DNA of 64,000 bases from Myxococcota bacterium. GTDB lineage: Bacteria; Myxococcota_A; UBA9042; PHBI01; JACKFB01. The position numbers and the translations under genes were made by a program. Below the pieces are notes generated by a model. The model searched no databases. It was not told the origin of the DNA and saw only the letters and a list, made by a program, of their open reading frames with translations. Below, piece after piece: positions 1 through 8,800 of this stretch. The stretch covers positions 68,976-132,975 of the forward strand of contig JAWKRR010000013.1 of assembly GCA_041389525.1 (NCBI GenBank), in the 5' to 3' direction. Numbering within the stretch: position 1 is the first letter of the stretch; every line of letters begins with the position of its first letter.

Positions 1-2444
1 CCCTGGGTGGGCGGCAGCACGGTCCGATCTCCCGCTCCGCGGTGATGGGGCTGGTCGGATCCGGGGACCTGCACGCCCTGTCGTACGTGTGGCGTCAGGG
101 GATGGCCGAGTGGGTGCGTCTACACGACGTGCCAGAGCTGTCAGGGCTGCCGGGTAGCACGGCTGAGGCGGATTACGGCATCCCCGACGACCCGCACGTG
201 CGGCCGCTGACGGCCGTGATCACGCGGAGCGGGACCACCAACAACGCGCCCGCCGGGGTGGTAGCTGCGGCCGCACACGCCGCGGAGCAGGAGCGCGCGG
301 CGGCTCAGGCGGCTGCGTCGAAGGGCGCCGCGCGTCCCTTCACGGTCGAGCAGGGCGGCGGTCAGCCGAGCACCAGCGAGGGCCCGCGTCGGCGACCGAC
401 GCTGGTGCCGCGCATGGAAGACATCTTGCCGCCGGACGAGCTGGCCGGGGCAAACGCCGCGCAGGCGTCGGCTGCTGAGGCCGCCGCTGCGGCTGAGGCG
501 GAAGCGAGAGCCGCCGCCGCCGCTGCCGAGGCCGCCGCTGCCGAGGCCGCGGCGAAGGCTGAGGCTGAAGCGAAGGCTGCGTCTGAGGCCGCCGAAGCTG
601 CGGCAGCGGAGGCCGCAGCGAGGGCTGAGGCCGAGGCCGCCGAAGCCGCTGCTGCTGAAGCCGCCGCCAAGGCAGAGGCCGAAGCCGCCGAAGCGGCAGC
701 CAAGGCTGAAGCCGAGGCCGCCGCCGCCGAAGCCGCTGCGAAGGCTGAGGCCGAGACCGCTGAAGCCGCCGCCGCCGAAGCCGCTGCGAAGGCTGAGGCC
801 GAGGCCGCTGAAGCCGCCGCCGCCGAAGCCGCTGCGAAGGCTGAGGCCGAGGCTGCCGAAGCCGCTGCCGCCGAAGCCGCTGCGAAGGCAGAGGCCGAGG
901 CCGCCGAGGCGCTCGCGAAGGCAGAGGCCGAAGCCGCGGAGGCGCTCTCGAAGGCAGAGGCCGAGGCCGCCGAGGCGCTCGCGAAAGCCGAGGCGGAGGT
1001 TGCCGAAGCCGCTGCCGCGGAGGCGCTCGCGAAAGCCGAGGCCGGGGTCGAGCGGCCCTCCACGCCGGACCTGCCGGGGCTCCCGCCGCTGCCGGGCGAA
1101 CCCTCATCTGTGGTTGAGGTCGAGAGCATCGAGCTGCTCGACGACGTGGATCCGTCGCCTCTCGTCGAGTCGGGGATGCCGGAGCTGCCGCCGCTGCCCG
1201 ACCTGCCAGGCATGCCCGGCCTTCCCGGCTTGCCGACGGATGCGACGCCCGAGCTCCCCGTTTCGCCCGAGATCTCCGAGTCGCCCGAGATCCCCGAGAG
1301 CGCCGACGCAGACGACGCTGCCTGGGCGGACCTGTCCGACTCGGGTGCAGGGGCTGACGCCGCACTCGACGATCTGCCGGCGATCGACACGGCCGACGTG
1401 CTGCCGCGCGTCGAGCCTCTGGGCGACGGTGATCTCTTCGCGGCCTACGGCTCGCCGGGGACCGCCGCGCTCGCCGCCCGCGAGGCGGAGGCCGAGGAGG
1501 CCCCGCACTCCGCGGCGCCGACCGCCGAAGACAAGCGGATGCTCAAGGAGGCGTTGCGCGCAGCCGACGTCGTGTTGCCGACCCACATCGCGCCCCCGAC
1601 GAAGCAGGAGATGCGTGAGCTCCACCAGGAGTTCTCCGTGGTCGCGCAGCTTCACTCGGCGAAGAAGCGGCGCGGGGTGAAGTTCGCGTTGCTGGCGGCG
1701 CTCATCATCGCGTCGCTCGTCGCCGGCACCATGCTGTGGCTCGAGAAGCGGGACGCACGCCGTCTGGCCAACGCGCAAGACGCTCGCTCCGGCTCCAAGG
1801 CGATCCCAGTCGCCGAGTACAACGCGGCCTACGACGTAAAGCGGCCTGTGAAGGAGCCCAAGGACCAGGCCCCTCGACCGCTCACCGACGACGAGAAGGC
1901 GGCGATCGCCGCCGCGGCCGCCGAACGTGACGAGACGGCGCCTACCGGGCTCTCCCGCCCCCACGGCGCCGCGCCCAGCGAGCGCGCCGCGGACCCGCCG
2001 GAGCCGAGGCCGGCGGTGCGGAACTCCAACAGCGCGGCCGAGCGAGCCGGCAACGCGGAGGAGCGGTTCGCCAAGCTCTCCGCTGAGGAATTCGCGGCGC
2101 TGACCGCCGACAGCGGGGGCAAGGCCGAGGTCAAGATCGAGGTGGGGACGACCGCGATCCGGCCCACCGAGGCCCCGAAGACCGCGCCGAGCGCGGACGA
2201 GCGTGCTGAGAAGGTCGCCACGGCCTTCGGACGCAAGCGGCGCCAGCTCGCCCGCTGCAAGTCGGGGACCGAGGAGAAGATCAAGACGCAGTTCACGGTC
2301 TCGCCATCCGGGCGCGTGACCAGCGTCTCGATCAGCGGTACGTCGAGCAGCCAGAAGGCGCAGTGCGTCAAGGGGATCCTCGAGCAGGCGATCTTCCCGC
2401 CCGGTCCGGACACCCAGACCTTCGGGATGCCCGTCGTCCTCTGA
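1..2444 (+). CDS. DUF4339 (GYF-like) domain protein, truncated at the 5' end of the window. It has Ala/Glu/Lys tandem repeats, a Pro-rich PELP segment, one TM helix and a C-terminal conserved domain.
   Basis: The ORF is open back to nt 1 with no upstream stop. The N-terminal residues HGPISRSAVMGLVGSGDL...YVWRQGMAEWVRL match the DUF4339 consensus (GP.s...G.l...VWreGMaeW). Long AEAAAAEAAAKAEAEA repeats follow, then a hydrophobic helix FALLAALIIASLVAGTMLWL. The C-terminal ~70 aa (GRVTSVSISG...AIFPPGPD) resemble AgmX/TonB-C-like domains found in myxobacteria. Confidence 0.6.
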   Translation, partial: LGGRQHGPISRSAVMGLVGSGDLHALSYVWRQGMAEWVRLHDVPELSGLPGSTAEADYGIPDDPHVRPLTAVITRSGTTNNAPAGVVAAAAHAAEQERAAAQAAASKGAARPFTVEQGGGQPSTSEGPRRRPTLVPRMEDILPPDELAGANAAQASAAEAAAAAEAEARAAAAAAEAAAAEAAAKAEAEAKAASEAAEAAAAEAAARAEAEAAEAAAAEAAAKAEAEAAEAAAKAEAEAAAAEAAAKAEAETAEAAAAEAAAKAEAEAAEAAAAEAAAKAEAEAAEAAAAEAAAKAEAEAAEALAKAEAEAAEALSKAEAEAAEALAKAEAEVAEAAAAEALAKAEAGVERPSTPDLPGLPPLPGEPSSVVEVESIELLDDVDPSPLVESGMPELPPLPDLPGMPGLPGLPTDATPELPVSPEISESPEIPESADADDAAWADLSDSGAGADAALDDLPAIDTADVLPRVEPLGDGDLFAAYGSPGTAALAAREAEAEEAPHSAAPTAEDKRMLKEALRAADVVLPTHIAPPTKQEMRELHQEFSVVAQLHSAKKRRGVKFALLAALIIASLVAGTMLWLEKRDARRLANAQDARSGSKAIPVAEYNAAYDVKRPVKEPKDQAPRPLTDDEKAAIAAAAAERDETAPTGLSRPHGAAPSERAADPPEPRPAVRNSNSAAERAGNAEERFAKLSAEEFAALTADSGGKAEVKIEVGTTAIRPTEAPKTAPSADERAEKVATAFGRKRRQLARCKSGTEEKIKTQFTVSPSGRVTSVSISGTSSSQKAQCVKGILEQAIFPPGPDTQTFGMPVVL
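470..1060 (+). repeat. In-frame tandem coding repeat with a 48-bp unit (16 aa, EAAEAAAAEAAAKAEA) that degenerates into 33-bp units (EAAEALAKAEA).
   Basis: Direct reading shows about 10 near-identical copies of gccgccgccgaagccgctgcgaaggctgaggccgag... Confidence 0.7.
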
Positions 2445-2502
2445 GCCCTCGGGGCGTGAGCCGAGAGGGCGCCCGCTGCCCTGGACGCGCTGATTCAGCC
2501 CC

Positions 2503-3672
2503 TCAGGCCGCGAGCATATCCTCGCCCTGGAGGCTCGGCGCGGCGCTGCCCTCAAACCACGCGCCCATCCCCTCCTTTATGTAGTAGGGGCGAATGCGCG
2601 GCCCGAGCAGGCCGATCTCGCGCAGGTTCGGGACCAGCCGCCGGAACATCGTCCGCCGAAAGGTCTCCATGCCCACCGAGTCGCGCACGAAGCGGGCCCA
2701 GGTCTCCCACGGCACCTGGCCCTCGTAGCGCTCCTCCCAGACCTCCCGCGCCAAGAAGCGATTCCGCATCAGCACAGCCATCTCGAAAGCCCAGTCCTCG
2801 CGCTCGCGAACCTCGGCCTCGTTGAGCTGTTCTCGCACATGCGAACGCAGCGCCACCACGCCGTAGTGAACGTGCCGGGCCTCGTCCAGGATGACCCGGC
2901 GCAGCAGCTCCTTGAGCAGGGGCTCCCGCGTCAGCTGGTAGATCGAGCCGAAGGCTCCCAGCGCGAGGCCCTCCACCATGATCTGCATGCCCAGGAACTT
3001 CATGTCCCAGCGGGCGTCGGTCATCAGCGCGTCGATGACGACGAAGAGGTTGTCGTTGATCTGGTAGAGCTTCCCGAGCTTGGAGTCGAGGTAGCGGTGA
3101 AACACCTCGATGTGGCGGGCTTCGTCGACGACCTGGGTCGCGCCGTAGAGCTTGCCGTCGAAGCGCTCGACGGCCTCGGTGACCTGGCAGGCGGCCATCA
3201 GCGCGCCCTGCTCACCGTGCAGGAACTGGCTGAGCAGCCACGCGATGACATCGTGGCGCAGCGCCCGCTCGCCCTCGGCGTCGAGCTTCACCCCGGCCTC
3301 GCGCAGGATGGACGCGTCGAGGAAATTCGCAGGCAGGATCGGCACATCCGGGCTGCGCGGGTCCACCGAGGTCCCCCAAGCCAGGTCGCGGCCGCCGTCC
3401 CACTGGCCGGCCTTCGCCCGCTCGTAGAGGTCCGCCATCTCGGGCTCATCGCGCGGATAACCGAAGTCGAACCAGGCGTCGTGGCTGGCCGGGAAGCGCA
3501 CGGGCGTCCCCTGTTTGCCACGCTGCAGCAGCAGCCCCCGCACCGCCGCGGGCAACATCCCGAGCATCACGCGCGGGTTGTCGGTCGCGCCGAGGGGCTC
3601 GCCGAGCCGCCGGAAGCGGTCGTAGAGCCGGGACACGGGCAAGGGCAGGCGGTTGGCGATCTCGTCCAGCAT
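2503..3672 (-). CDS. Ferritin-like class I diiron carboxylate oxygenase, AurF/arylamine N-oxygenase-like.
   Basis: The real start is MLDEIANRL at the ATG at 3672. The upstream part of the 600-aa ORF is Ala/Ser/Arg-rich frame noise. Two EX29DEXRH motifs are present (...GEQ...VVDEARHIEVFH and ...MVEG...ILDEARHVHYG), matching the diiron ligand pattern of AurF/CmlI-type oxygenases. Confidence 0.6.
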   Translation of the reverse strand: MLDEIANRLPLPVSRLYDRFRRLGEPLGATDNPRVMLGMLPAAVRGLLLQRGKQGTPVRFPASHDAWFDFGYPRDEPEMADLYERAKAGQWDGGRDLAWGTSVDPRSPDVPILPANFLDASILREAGVKLDAEGERALRHDVIAWLLSQFLHGEQGALMAACQVTEAVERFDGKLYGATQVVDEARHIEVFHRYLDSKLGKLYQINDNLFVVIDALMTDARWDMKFLGMQIMVEGLALGAFGSIYQLTREPLLKELLRRVILDEARHVHYGVVALRSHVREQLNEAEVREREDWAFEMAVLMRNRFLAREVWEERYEGQVPWETWARFVRDSVGMETFRRTMFRRLVPNLREIGLLGPRIRPYYIKEGMGAWFEGSAAPSLQGEDMLAA

Positions 3673-3694
3673 GGCGATTGTCCGGGCTCGGGGA

Positions 3695-4385
3695 TCAGAG
3701 GGCGTTGAAGAATGCGCGGCTGCGTTCAGTGTGCAGCCGGACCAGCAGCTCTTGAATGATGGGGAGCGCCGCCTCGACCATGGGCGCGGCCGCGTCGGGG
3801 CCGATGGCGGCGAGGCGCTCGGAGACGATGGCGGCCTCGGTCTGGACGAGCCGGTCCACGAACTCCTCGTAGATCGCGATGTCCTCGACAGAGAATCCCA
3901 GCGAGTCCGAGAAGCCCGCGGCGCGCATGCGGCCCCAGAACTCCACGCGCCACACCTCGCTCGCCGCGATGGCTGGCGTGCCGTCCGGCATGCAGGTGGG
4001 CTCGACGAACCCCACGGCGGCCATGCGGTCGATCTCGGCCGCGGTGACGCCCGACCGCTCGAGCAGCGGGGCCAGCGGCACAGGCTCGCCCGCCACCGGC
4101 CGCGGGGCCAGCTCGCCGGCCAGCCGACCGCGCAGCTCGCCCAAAAACCCGCGCTGCTCCTCGCTGAACCCCTCGTCGGTCTGGTCGAGGAGACCCTTGA
4201 TCGCCTTGAGCGGCAGGAAGCGCTCGTGCTGCAGCTTGCGGATGAGGCGCAGGCGCCGCAGGTGGGCTGGCTTATAAAACGCCATGTTCCGCCCTGACTT
4301 TTCACCAGGCGGGAGCAGCCCCTCGCGGATGTAAAAGTGGATGGCTTGGCGGTCGAGGCCCGTCTCGCGGCACAGGTCGCTCATT
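3695..4385 (-). CDS. MerR-family transcriptional regulator with a ~100-aa C-terminal extension.
   Basis: N-terminal HTH MSDLCRETGLDRQAIHFYIREGLLPPGEKSGRNMAFY is typical of MerR. The start ATG is at 4385. Confidence 0.7.
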
Positions 4386-4398
4386 CGGAGGTTCGCGC

Positions 4399-5613
4399 TC
4401 ACTCGGGCACCTCGACGGTGGCCGGCCCGGCGCAGCGGGCGATGCACGCCAGCGCGTAGCCGGCCTCGAGCTCCGCAGGGGTGAGGCAGCTCGCGTCGGG
4501 CATCGCCAGCTCGCCCTCGAGGACGCGCACCTTGCAGGCGCCGCAGCCCCCCATGGTGCAGCTGGACCCGACGGGGACGCCCGCACGCCACGCGACCTCC
4601 AGCAGGGTCTCGCCAGGGCTCAGCACCACCGGGGTCTCGACGGCCCCGCGGCGCATCAGGACGGTCGCCGGCTCCGTGGACTCGCGGGCCGGCGGGAGGC
4701 TCTGGAAGCGCTCTTCGTGGATGCGCGGCTTCGCGACGCCAGCCACGAGCAGTGCGCCGCGGGCGTTGTCCATGACCGCCGGCGGGCCGCACACGTAGAA
4801 GGCGTCGACGTCTTTTAGCCGGCCGCGGGCGTCGTCCCCGAAGCTCGCGAGCAGCTCGGGCAGCTGCTGGGCGATGACGCCCGCGGTCAGCTTGCCTTTG
4901 ACGGCCCCGGCCGCCGCTGCGCCCCGCTCGAGCACATGGCACACTCGCAGGCGGCTCGCGTACGCGGCGCCCAGCGCGTCCAGGGCGGCGCGAAAGATCA
5001 CGTCGTCGACGCCGCGGTTCCCGTAGAGCAGCGCGACCCGGGTCTGCGGTTCGGCGACCAAGGCCGTCCGAGCGATGGCCATCAGCGGCGTGATGCCGCT
5101 GCCGGCGCCGATCAGCACCAGCGTCCGCTCGCGGCGGTCGTCGGGCGTCGGGCGGTAGATGAATCGCCCGCTCGCCGGACCTATGGCCTCCAGCACGTCG
5201 CCCACCGCCAGCGCCGTGGTCAGCCACGTCGACGCCCGCCCGCCTGCGACGCGCTTGACGGTGATCGCGCGCGGGCCGTCGTCCAGCGGGCCGGTCGACA
5301 GCGAGTAAGAGCGCCGGAGCCGCTCGCCGCCGATGGGCAGCTCGAAGGTCAGGAACTGGCCGGCCTCGGCCTGGGGGAGGGGGCGCGACGGATCGGCGCT
5401 GCGCAGGAAGATCGTGCGGGCCTCGCTTGTCTCTTCCCGAACGCTGTCGACCACGAGGCGAAGGCCGCGCTGGGGCGGTGGGGTCGGCGTGTTCACGATG
5501 CGGACGGGAGGCCCGCTCTGCGAGGCGTCCTTGAACAGATGGCCGAGGTCTTGGCGCCATTGCGCCGTGGTGAGGCGCAGGCGGCGAGGTGAGAGCGTGC
5601 GGGCGAGTTTCAT
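4399..5613 (-). CDS. Oxidoreductase with FAD/NAD(P)-binding (FNR-like) domains and a C-terminal plant-type 2Fe-2S ferredoxin domain (PaaE/phthalate-dioxygenase-reductase-like).
   Basis: RSYSLS flavin-binding motif, GAGSGITP NAD-binding motif, and a C-terminal CTMGGCGACKV...C cysteine cluster. The start is MKLARTL at the ATG at 5613. Confidence 0.7.
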   Translation of the reverse strand: MKLARTLSPRRLRLTTAQWRQDLGHLFKDASQSGPPVRIVNTPTPPPQRGLRLVVDSVREETSEARTIFLRSADPSRPLPQAEAGQFLTFELPIGGERLRRSYSLSTGPLDDGPRAITVKRVAGGRASTWLTTALAVGDVLEAIGPASGRFIYRPTPDDRRERTLVLIGAGSGITPLMAIARTALVAEPQTRVALLYGNRGVDDVIFRAALDALGAAYASRLRVCHVLERGAAAAGAVKGKLTAGVIAQQLPELLASFGDDARGRLKDVDAFYVCGPPAVMDNARGALLVAGVAKPRIHEERFQSLPPARESTEPATVLMRRGAVETPVVLSPGETLLEVAWRAGVPVGSSCTMGGCGACKVRVLEGELAMPDASCLTPAELEAGYALACIARCAGPATVEVPE

Positions 5614-5640
5614 GAGCGAAGAGTGCGTGGGGTGGCGTGG

Positions 5641-5661
5641 TGTGTCAAGCAACACTTTACA
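5641..5661. promoter_or_regulatory. Imperfect palindrome GTGTCAAG-N5-CTTTACAC lying 28 nt upstream of the reductase/MerR/oxygenase operon. It is a candidate MerR operator/promoter, with a TTGACA -35 on the minus strand.
   Basis: Inverted repeat seen directly in the divergent intergenic region 5614-5841. No experimental support. Confidence 0.25.
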
Positions 5662-5841
5662 CGTCGAACGCCGTCTCGGGAGCGCGCGACCTGCCATCGA
5701 GAGGGTGATAGGCTCGACGGCCGTGGCTGCGGTGCGCGCCGACACCAACCCAGTAGGACCGGATCTCTCCGGTGCGCTGAAGGATGCGGTGGCGGTCCAC
5801 TCTCAGCCGGCGTCGTGGTGGACCTCGGGGAGGCGTGAGTG

Positions 5842-8800
5842 ATGAAGCAGCAGCGGATTATGGGCTGGCAGTGGGCGGTGACCGCTGGAGTGCTGCTCTG
5901 TGTGGCGGCCTGCCACCCCGAGCGCGGGGCGCGGGACACGGTGTCCGGAACGCAGCCCAAGGGCGGCGTCGCGATCGAAGAGGAGCAGATCATGCTGGTA
6001 CCCGAGGACGCGCCGGCTGGATTGACCCTGGTGCTCGCGGAAGGCAGCCCCGAGGCTGGTGCGTCGCCGGGGGCGACCGTGGCGGCGTCGACCCCGCTCG
6101 CGGCGGCCGAGGTCGAGCGCCTGCTCAAGCGCCTGCCGCCCCTCGAACAGGAGCCAGCCGACGCGGTGCCCTTCGCCCTGCGGGAGGGTTCCAAGCCCGC
6201 CCCGCGCCCGGGCGCGACCGTCCCCACGCCCTTTCCGCCGCCGCCGCCCACGTCGGAGGCCGCCTCCGCTGAGCCGGCTGGGCCGCTGCAGGTGCTGCGA
6301 AGCTCGCCCGAGGGCGCGGTGCCGGTGGTCGGCCAGTTCAGCGTCACCTTCGACCAGCCCATGGTCGCGGTGACCTCCCACGCGACCCTGGCCGCGGCCG
6401 AGCTGCCGGTGAAGCTCTCGCCGCAGCCCGCCGGCCAGTGGCGCTGGCTGGGCACGCGCACGCTGATCTTCCAGGCGGATCCTCGCTTTCCGATGGCTAC
6501 CGCCTACCAAGCCGAGGTGCCCGCGGGCACCCGCTCGGCCACCGGCGGCGTGCTGGCGAAGGCCCAGCGGTTCGCGTTTGAGACGCCGGCGCCTCGCGTC
6601 CTGGAGAGCTGGCCCCAAGACGGCCCCCAGAGCCGCGACGCCATCATGTTCGTCGGCTTCGACCAGCGCGTCGATCCCCAGGCCGTGCTGGCGACGGTCA
6701 AGGTCACCGCGGGGGGCAAGCCCGTCGCCGTCCGCCTGCTCGACGCGAGCGAGCTCGCCCGCGACGAGCGAACCGCTCAGCGCGCCCGCGACGGCCGCTG
6801 GCTGGCTTTCCGCGCGGTAGAGCTGCTGCCCATCGACACGGCCATCGCGGTCACGGTGGGGCCGAACACGCCGTCGCTGGAGGGGCCGAAGCGCTCGACC
6901 GACAAGCACGCCTTCGGCTTCCGCACCTATGGGCCCTTCAAGCTGACGACCTCGCGCTGTGGCTGGAGCGGTGACTGCCAGCCCGGCTGGTCCTGGCAGC
7001 TCGAGATGAGCAACCCCATCGAGTCCGACGGCGTGGACCCGGCGCTGGTGAAGGTCGAGCCCGAGCTTCCGGGCATGGAGGTCCGCACCTGGGGCAACGT
7101 CGTGGAGATTCAGGGCCCCAGCCGCGGCCGCACGACCTACACGGTCACCATCGACAAGGCCCTGCGCGACGCGTTCGGGCAGACCTTGGTTGAGCCGGCC
7201 GTGGCGCGCTTCTCCGTGGGCAAGGCCGAGCCGAGTCTCGCGGCCGCGGGCGAGCTGCTGGTCGTGATGGACCCGGCGTCGAAGGGCCGATTCTCCGTGC
7301 TGTCGGTGAACTACGAGCAGCTTGAGGTCCGCGCGTGGCGGGTCACGCCCGAGCACTGGTCGCCCTTCCTCGCCTATGTGCAGGAGGGGTCGCGCGACAC
7401 CAAGCCCGCCAAGCCGCCCGGCGAGCTGGTCATCGACCGCACCGTCACCGTCGGTGGCGAGCCGGACGCCCCGGTGGAGACTCAGATCGACCTGAGCGAG
7501 GTGCTGAAAGGCGGGCACGGGCACGTGGTGCTGGAGGTGCGCCCGCCCACCAGCGTGATCGACAAGCTGCGCCGCCGCTGGCCGCCCGTGATTCGGCGGT
7601 GGATCGAGGCGACCAGCATCGGCGTGGACGCGTTCGTCGACGACGAGAAGATGGTCGTCTGGGCCAACCGGCTGGCCGACGGCAAGCCCATCGCGGGCGC
7701 TGTGGTTCACCTGGACCCGGGTGGTGTCGAGGGCAAGACCGGGGCTGACGGCACCGTCGAGCTGGCGCTGCCGGGTGGGCCGGGGCAGACCGGCCGCGGT
7801 CTCCTGAGCGTCAGCGCGGACGGCGAGCACACGCTGCTGCCCGAGAACGCGTGGGCCTGGTCCAACGACAGCGGGTGGGTGAAGCGCGACCGCGGCGAGC
7901 AGGCCCTCTGGTACGTCGCCGACGACCGGCAGATGTACAAGCCCAAGGAGACCGTGCGGGTGAAGGGCTGGATACGCCGGCTCGACATGGGGCCGCGCGG
8001 CGATCTGGCGCTGGTCGGGGGCGGGACGGTGGCGTGGACGGCGCGCGACTCGCGGGGGGCCGACCTCGCGAAGGGTAGCGTCCCGCTGAGCGCCTTGGGC
8101 GGGTTCGATCTGCGATTCGAGCTGCCGGATACTGCCAATTTGGGCCACGGGCAGCTCGAGCTGCGGCTGTCTGGCGGCGACAGCATGAACGGGTCCGCGA
8201 CCTACCACTCCTTCCAAATTCAGGAGTTCCGGCGGCCCGAGTTCGAGGTGCGCGCGTCGGCTCCACCCGGCCCGCACGTGGTCGGCTCCAGCGCCACGCT
8301 GGAGGTCAGCGCGAGCTACTACGCGGGTGGCGGGCTGCCGAACGCCGAGACGACCTGGGTCGTGACCAACCGCGTCGGCAGCTTCGTGCCCCCCAACCGC
8401 AGCGGCTGGGTCTTCGGCGAGTGGCACCCCTGGTGGCGCATCATGGAGGGCGGCGGCGAGACCGCGCAGCAGACCTTCACCGGCCGCACGGACGGGGCGG
8501 GCGCGCACCGGCTGCGCATGGATTTCCGGTCGATCTCGCCGCCGCGCGCCTACACGGTGGACGCCGAGGCCACGGTGATGGACGTGAATCGTCAGGCGTG
8601 GACTGCGCGTTCGACGCTGCTGGTGCATCCGGCGGACGTGTACGTGGGCCTGCGCTCGCCCAGCACCTTCGTCGAGGGGGGCCAGCCGATCTCGGTCGAG
8701 GCGATCGCCGTGGACCTGGACGGCAAGTCGGTCGCGGGCAAGGCGATGACTCTGGTCGCGTCGCGGCTGGTGTGGACGCAGAAGAAGGGCCGCTGGCTGG

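Noticed and set aside
340-2555. Long antisense and alternate-frame ORFs (340..1365, 362..1390, 1104..2555, 1000..1680) with Arg/Pro/Ala/Ser-rich translations.
   Set aside because: They overlap the well-supported DUF4339 gene. Their composition is typical of GC-rich frame artefacts, with no motifs or plausible starts.
2503-5560. The full 600-aa and 621-aa ORFs (2503..4305 and 3695..5560) as single proteins.
   Set aside because: Their N-terminal halves are Ser/Ala/Arg-rich junk that overlaps neighbouring genes. The true CDSs start at internal methionines: MLDEIANRL for the oxygenase and MSDLCRETG for MerR.
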